From a virus (taxonomy: Duplodnaviria; Caudoviricetes): a DNA stretch of 64,000 nt. A program made the translations under genes and the position numbers. The first letter of the stretch is position 1, and every line of letters starts with the position of its first letter. The DNA is taken from IMG/VR virus record IMGVR_UViG_3300036971_000130; one strand, 5' to 3'. Positions 59,249 through 64,000 of this stretch are shown piece by piece. The notes under the pieces are model-generated. The model worked only from the letters and a program-made list of their open reading frames with translations, had not been told where the DNA came from and ran no database searches.

Positions 59249-59862
59249 CCGAACACCGCAGCGATGCGAGCCTGCTCGACGAGGCGGGTGTACGCCTCGG
59301 CGGAGAGGACCACGCCGATCCCGTGGTCGCTGCGACCAACGGTGACGGTACCGACGTGGATGCCGAGGTCGACGAGAGCGTCGGTGCTGTCGTCGATCGC
59401 CTTCTTGCAGGCGTCGACGTTGCGGGCACGACGGGCACGGGATTCCTCGTACTCAGCCTGACGCTGCTCGGCTTCGGCCTTCTCCTTGGCCTTGGAGTCC
59501 TTGGCGGCGACATGGATCTCGGTGATCGTGTCGAGGTTCATCTCGACGCCGACCTCGTGGTGACGGGGACGCTCGACGCTGACCCCGACGGCGATCATCT
59601 TCACGTCGTCGCCGTAGCTGTCGGTGGGAACGGCGAAGACCTGGCCGGGCTTCGAGAGGGGAAGCTGGGCGTGGCGGTGGGTATCCGACAGGCTTCTGAC
59701 GAAGTCCCTCATCTCCGAGCCGGAGACACCGAGGGCGGTCTGGGCGGCGACCTTCGTCGGGGTGGCGACGTAGAGCCGGACCTGGGAGATGTGCGATCGG
59801 CAGCCGAGGGCCTTGGCGATCTGGTAGTTGCAGACGATGACGGTGTGAACGGTGTTGGTCAT
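59245..59862 (-). CDS. hypothetical protein
   Basis: TTGGAC-N18-CATGTT-N6-ATG. Confidence 0.7.
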   Translation of the reverse strand: MTNTVHTVIVCNYQIAKALGCRSHISQVRLYVATPTKVAAQTALGVSGSEMRDFVRSLSDTHRHAQLPLSKPGQVFAVPTDSYGDDVKMIAVGVSVERPRHHEVGVEMNLDTITEIHVAAKDSKAKEKAEAEQRQAEYEESRARRARNVDACKKAIDDSTDALVDLGIHVGTVTVGRSDHGIGVVLSAEAYTRLVEQARIAAVFG

Positions 59863-59901
59863 GTCGTCAACATGGGTGGCACATCCGGGTGTGTCCAACC
59901 A

Positions 59902-60186
59902 TCAGCAGATGAAGCCACGTCGCTTCAGGAACTCGATCATCTCGGGATCGAGAGGAACGTCTCCGACCGGGACAGCAACCAACGAACGGTAGAACTCGTA
60001 CATCTCGTCAACCGTCTCCGTCACATGGTCGAGGACGGCAAGGCCAGCAGCGAGGACTGCGTAACCCACACGGTTCGCCGTGATCGGATCTGACCGCTTC
60101 GGGTAGAGACTGTGCTTCGTGAAGTCGTCCCCGTCGACGGTGATGAAGTAGTCACCGCCCCGTGAGTAGGCGAACAGCCGCACCAT
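59902..60186 (-). CDS. hypothetical protein
   Basis: Coupled ORF. Confidence 0.55.
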   Translation of the reverse strand: MVRLFAYSRGGDYFITVDGDDFTKHSLYPKRSDPITANRVGYAVLAAGLAVLDHVTETVDEMYEFYRSLVAVPVGDVPLDPEMIEFLKRRGFIC

Positions 60187-60842
60187 CAGGACTCACCCGA
60201 GAGAGCGTCGAACTGTGCCGTGTACCGCTCCGGATCGTCACGGCACTCGAAGGAACGCCAGTAGAGGTTCGAGAGGGCAGCCATCCGAGCTTCAGCGTCC
60301 TGCCGGACCTCCGGGTCCTTCGACTTCGTGCCAGCCAGGAACTTCACGAACGCCGGACGGGCATGGTCGTTCATGTACGAGGTACCCCGCATGTACCACA
60401 TCCAGGCGTAGTACCACGTCAGGACAAGAGCAGCCGCTCCGGTGAGCTTCCACGGGCTGGTCACCGCCAGCACGACCCCGGCGACCAGCAGGGCAACGAT
60501 CGAGAACAGGAGCCACTTGTCGAACCAGAGCCCGACGACAGCGTTCGGACGACGGAACCCGTCGGAACGGTACAGGACCGGATGACCGGGGATCGGGCCA
60601 GCGGAGATGTGGACCGCCCCGATCGTCACCTCGCCCTGTGAGACCGACACCGCCGCATCCTGGTCGACCACGAGGTTGTGGTAACCGGTCGTCGGTTCGA
60701 TGTCGAACCACCCAGATCGGGTTTCGACGACCATCCCGTTCGACCCGGTGACCCAGGTGTCCCCGCCGGTCGAGAACCGGGGGAAACCCCGGTCGCTCGG
60801 AGCGTCCGACACGAGATGAGTTCCAGCTTCGATCACGGTCAT
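60186..60842 (-). CDS. membrane protein
   Basis: TM pair in C-terminal half. Confidence 0.6.
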   Translation of the reverse strand: MTVIEAGTHLVSDAPSDRGFPRFSTGGDTWVTGSNGMVVETRSGWFDIEPTTGYHNLVVDQDAAVSVSQGEVTIGAVHISAGPIPGHPVLYRSDGFRRPNAVVGLWFDKWLLFSIVALLVAGVVLAVTSPWKLTGAAALVLTWYYAWMWYMRGTSYMNDHARPAFVKFLAGTKSKDPEVRQDAEARMAALSNLYWRSFECRDDPERYTAQFDALSGES

Positions 60843-61073
60843 CGACCAGCCTCGATCCTTTCGACGGTCCGACGGAAACGACATCCCCATCGGAACCCGA
60901 CCCAGAACGACTCGGCCTTCACTTGACGACCTCGCTGAGCCAGAGGTGGCATCGGAGCATCTGGTTGACATCCATGATGAGGCGTCTGTTCATGGTGACA
61001 TCATGGGCGGTACGGTCAGGCCAGCCAAACCGAGACCTGTCGGCGTTGGTCTCGGGTGTGGTAGAACGACCCC

Positions 61074-61439
61074 ATGAAGCTCAACGTCTACTACTCGGCC
61101 GAGCAGAACAACCGGATCTCGTTCACCGCCTACGAGGACTACGAGTGCGTGAACTCGTCGAGGCCGTGGCCGTCGATCGTCGGGATCGCTGACGCCACGA
61201 AGCTGATGAAGCCGTCCGACGGACTCAACCAGCGCAACGTCTGGACTCTCGTCGACGCTCCCGTTCGTGGGGCGTACAAGGTCACCTACTGCTACCAGCA
61301 CGCTGATGGCTCCGTGGACCTCGTGGTTCTCGACTCGGACCATCTCGGTGACCTGATCGTGGCGATTCGCTTCGACGATCAGGCAGCCTTCGACCTCGAC
61401 TTCGACGAGCCGCTCTGGCTTCTCACCGGCCATCCATGA
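61074..61439 (+). CDS. hypothetical protein; ends HP-stop in motif
   Basis: TAGAAC-N6-ATG. Confidence 0.6.
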   Translation: MKLNVYYSAEQNNRISFTAYEDYECVNSSRPWPSIVGIADATKLMKPSDGLNQRNVWTLVDAPVRGAYKVTYCYQHADGSVDLVVLDSDHLGDLIVAIRFDDQAAFDLDFDEPLWLLTGHP

Positions 61440-61447
61440 TGGCGGAC

Positions 61448-62152
61448 ATGGACATCTACGACGACGAGTTCCTGGCCGAACTGCTGCGCCCACACTGGAC
61501 TGATCACACCCATGATGGAAAGGTCATGCACGAACAGATCCCATCCCACGTCGACATCGGCATCGCCAGGCTCGCAGCAGCACCAGACGATGAGTTCATC
61601 GTCGGTCGAACCAGCGACGGCGAGGTTCGGTGGGATGTGACCCAGGAGCAACACCTCTGCCTGTTCGGCCCTGCACGTTCCGGTCTGACCACCGCAAGGA
61701 TCGCCGTCACAGCGAATGCGGTCGCCCGAGGGTGGGACATCATCTCGTTGGAGACCAGCGAACCGGCATGGCGGGCGATCGAGGGCACCTTCGACCATCT
61801 CGACGACATCCGGTTCCAGCGGGCAGCGGTCGTGAACCTGCTCCGCAAGGCCGAGACCCGTGGAACGCTCGTCGTCGTCGATGATGCAGCAGAGATCGCC
61901 GGGGAACTCGTCGAGAGCCTCACGGAATCCGACAGATCGGACATTCACCTCCTTCTGGTCTCGAACACCACCCCGAAGATCGCCACCGAGCTACCCGACA
62001 GCGCCAGATGCGTTGTCGGGTCCACCCAGACGTTCGCCAATCGGGCGCTGAGGCGTCCTGTGCGCTATGGGCGGCTTCCCAGGGGCCGATGCATCTTCGA
62101 GACCGCTGACGGGCGTCAGAGGCTCGCACAGGTCGGTTTCGTGACCGGCTGA
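61448..62152 (+). CDS. degenerate FtsK/P-loop-like protein
   Basis: HLCLFGPARSGLT (Walker A Lys lost), LVVVDDA, PRGRC. Confidence 0.55.
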   Translation: MDIYDDEFLAELLRPHWTDHTHDGKVMHEQIPSHVDIGIARLAAAPDDEFIVGRTSDGEVRWDVTQEQHLCLFGPARSGLTTARIAVTANAVARGWDIISLETSEPAWRAIEGTFDHLDDIRFQRAAVVNLLRKAETRGTLVVVDDAAEIAGELVESLTESDRSDIHLLLVSNTTPKIATELPDSARCVVGSTQTFANRALRRPVRYGRLPRGRCIFETADGRQRLAQVGFVTG

Positions 62153-62197
62153 TCGGCTACGCTCGATTCAACCAGCGTTTAAACGAGAGGTATCTCC

Positions 62198-62803
62198 ATG
62201 CACAACATCGAAGTCATCGTCGGAGACAAGGTCTGCGGAGTCGACATCGACCGTCCGTACGAGTTCCTTCTCATGCTTCGTGGTCACGGGATCGTCGCCA
62301 CGATGGTCGAAGAACAGGATGTTCAGGCGACCGTCGAGATCGTGAGCCTCAAAGGCGGGCACTTCAGCCGTCAGATCGCATCGACGAAGATGGATCATCC
62401 CCGTCGTTCGATTGCCAAGGTCACGGCGAAGTCGAACGGACCGGTCACCGTCTACCACATCATCGCCCTCGAAGACGAGATCGACGAAGCGGTGGCCGAA
62501 GTCGAGGACGAGATCGAGAACGGGAACGTCCGGATCGGAGAGAGGATCATCTCCGGTCGGATCAAGACGGAGCAGCACGAGCACCGCTACGAGGACGTGA
62601 CCATCGAGCGCATCTACACGGTCGCTGCCGACCCCAGCGGTGAGATCCACGATGTCACCTACACCCCGGCCATCAACATCGGAGAACTCCGCATCCAGGA
62701 GACCCCCTCCCATGTCGACGGGCTCATCACCGTGACCATCACCGAAGAAGCTCTCCGGAGCGTCGACGAGACCCTTGGACGCCTCTACCTTCGCCATCCA
62801 TGA
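62198..62803 (+). CDS. hypothetical protein; ends HP-stop in motif
   Basis: GAGG RBS, 201-aa ORF. Confidence 0.65.
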   Translation: MHNIEVIVGDKVCGVDIDRPYEFLLMLRGHGIVATMVEEQDVQATVEIVSLKGGHFSRQIASTKMDHPRRSIAKVTAKSNGPVTVYHIIALEDEIDEAVAEVEDEIENGNVRIGERIISGRIKTEQHEHRYEDVTIERIYTVAADPSGEIHDVTYTPAINIGELRIQETPSHVDGLITVTITEEALRSVDETLGRLYLRHP

Positions 62804-62810
62804 TGGCTGT

Positions 62811-63212
62811 ATGAGCACTGTCACCATCCAAACCCTCCCCTCCGTTCTCGGTCAGGCGATCGCCATGGGGGACACCCTCGACGTGAGCGGCGCAGACCTC
62901 ACCGGAGCCGACTTCTCGGAACTCGATCTCACCGGGGCCAACTTCTCGGGATGCAAGCTCGGGATCGACTACCACGCTTCTGGCCTCAGCACGCACGAGA
63001 TCGCCTCCCTGATCCGGGAGCATCGGATCTTCGTCAACGACCGGCCGATCGACTCCATCGAGTTCGGTAGGGGCACGTCCTACCTGATCTCAGGCAACCG
63101 TCGGATGACGGCCCTCTACGACCACAGGCTCAGGGACGCCACCGGGCTTCAGATCACCCCGACGGCCGATGACGCCAAGACCATCTCCACCATGAAGGAC
63201 AGCAGACGATGA
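62811..63212 (+). CDS. protein with short pentapeptide repeat
   Basis: ADLTG ADFSE LDLTG ANFSG; motif-led. Confidence 0.65.
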   Translation: MSTVTIQTLPSVLGQAIAMGDTLDVSGADLTGADFSELDLTGANFSGCKLGIDYHASGLSTHEIASLIREHRIFVNDRPIDSIEFGRGTSYLISGNRRMTALYDHRLRDATGLQITPTADDAKTISTMKDSRR

Positions 63213-64000
63213 GCTTCGCCGTTGGTGACTGCGTCACCCATCCGAGTTCGTTCACCATGTTCATCGTCGTCGGCTCCGATGACGATGCCACCTACGTCGT
63301 GACCTGGATCGGCGGTTCGGTCAGGTCGTTGCCGACGAAGGAGTGCCGTGCGGTGCTCGACGGCTACTACCCGACCGAGAGAGGGGTGGAGTTCCACAGC
63401 ACTCAGGTGAAGAACATCCCGCTCTGCCGGGTGACCTTCGAGGACACCATCCAAGCCCGTCAGGTCGAGCGGATCAACTTCAGCAGCGTCGTCTGTGCAG
63501 GCGGGGTCGAGTCCTTCGCAGACGATGTCACAGAGACCCCACACATCAGGGTGGATGCCCTGGTCCCGAACGTGAAGCGTTGGGTTCCGCCGGAGCATGT
63601 CGACGTTGTCGGGAAGTTCGTCATGGACGAGCACGGCACGATCCTGAAGGTCGAACGTCAGGTTGGCCTCTACGTCGAAGGACAGGGCGCTGTCGGACCT
63701 GTCACCGCCTACAACTGGACTCGGACGCAGGTCAAGGAGCAGATCGCCGCCGACGGCACCCCGGTCTGGCGCAACGACCCGACGACGGAGCAGCCTCATC
63801 CGGATGAGATCCTCACCGCTCTCGTCTTTGGGAAGCTGTTGGTGTGGGTCGACTCACGATGGGTCGACGTTTCCAGGACCCACTTCGGCGTCACCAGCTT
63901 CAGTGACACCGCCCTGTTCGCCGTTCGGAACGAGGACCGTGGACCCAACCTCGAACGGCTCGTCGAACGCATCACCAGGGGGAGCGTCTACGTCTACCAT
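63209..64000 (+). CDS. hypothetical protein, 3' partial
   Basis: ATGA-coupled frame MSFAVGDCVTHP... open to window end. Confidence 0.6.
   Translation, partial: MSFAVGDCVTHPSSFTMFIVVGSDDDATYVVTWIGGSVRSLPTKECRAVLDGYYPTERGVEFHSTQVKNIPLCRVTFEDTIQARQVERINFSSVVCAGGVESFADDVTETPHIRVDALVPNVKRWVPPEHVDVVGKFVMDEHGTILKVERQVGLYVEGQGAVGPVTAYNWTRTQVKEQIAADGTPVWRNDPTTEQPHPDEILTALVFGKLLVWVDSRWVDVSRTHFGVTSFSDTALFAVRNEDRGPNLERLVERITRGSVYVYH

Noticed and set aside
620-62813. Integron attC cassettes or Shine-Dalgarno motif as explanation of the repeated motif
   Set aside because: No palindromic attC structure or integrase; the 6-nt spacer is variable and fixed -35 spacing fits a promoter.
1-64000. tRNA, rRNA, virion structural genes, transposases
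   Set aside because: None recognisable by eye; phage versus plasmid identity cannot be settled from this window.

Overview
High-GC (visually about 65%) accessory region of a large actinobacterial mobile replicon: a jumbo phage, phage-plasmid or conjugative megaplasmid. No capsid, tail, terminase, rRNA, tRNA or CRISPR was found in this window. Recognisable genes: HD nucleotidase, macro domain, NADAR, dTMP kinase, sortase, metallophosphoesterase, CCA-adding enzyme, histidine phosphatase, NAD-dependent DNA ligase, DEDD exoribonuclease, rIIA/rIIB, DUF2786 plus HExxH pair, SemiSWEET, a VirD4-like ATPase with a Replic_Relax-like nuclease, two truncated DNA methyltransferases and many paralogous orphan families. 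Main unexplained structures: (1) about 40 copies of a promoter-like motif, (T)TGGAC-N18 with CCACC-CATGAT, then N6-7-ATG, heading leaderless genes and in one case an apparent ~80-nt non-coding RNA; (2) a second TAGAAT-N6-ATG promoter class; (3) a shared N-terminal R/K..G-x-F peptide on about 8 mostly unrelated proteins, including the CCA enzyme (candidate packaging/export tag); (4) three non-coding origin-like blocks, one bounded by 25-bp att-like direct repeats; (5) an in-frame inverted triplication in rIIB. All calls come from reading the sequence and recalled family motifs; no searches were run.
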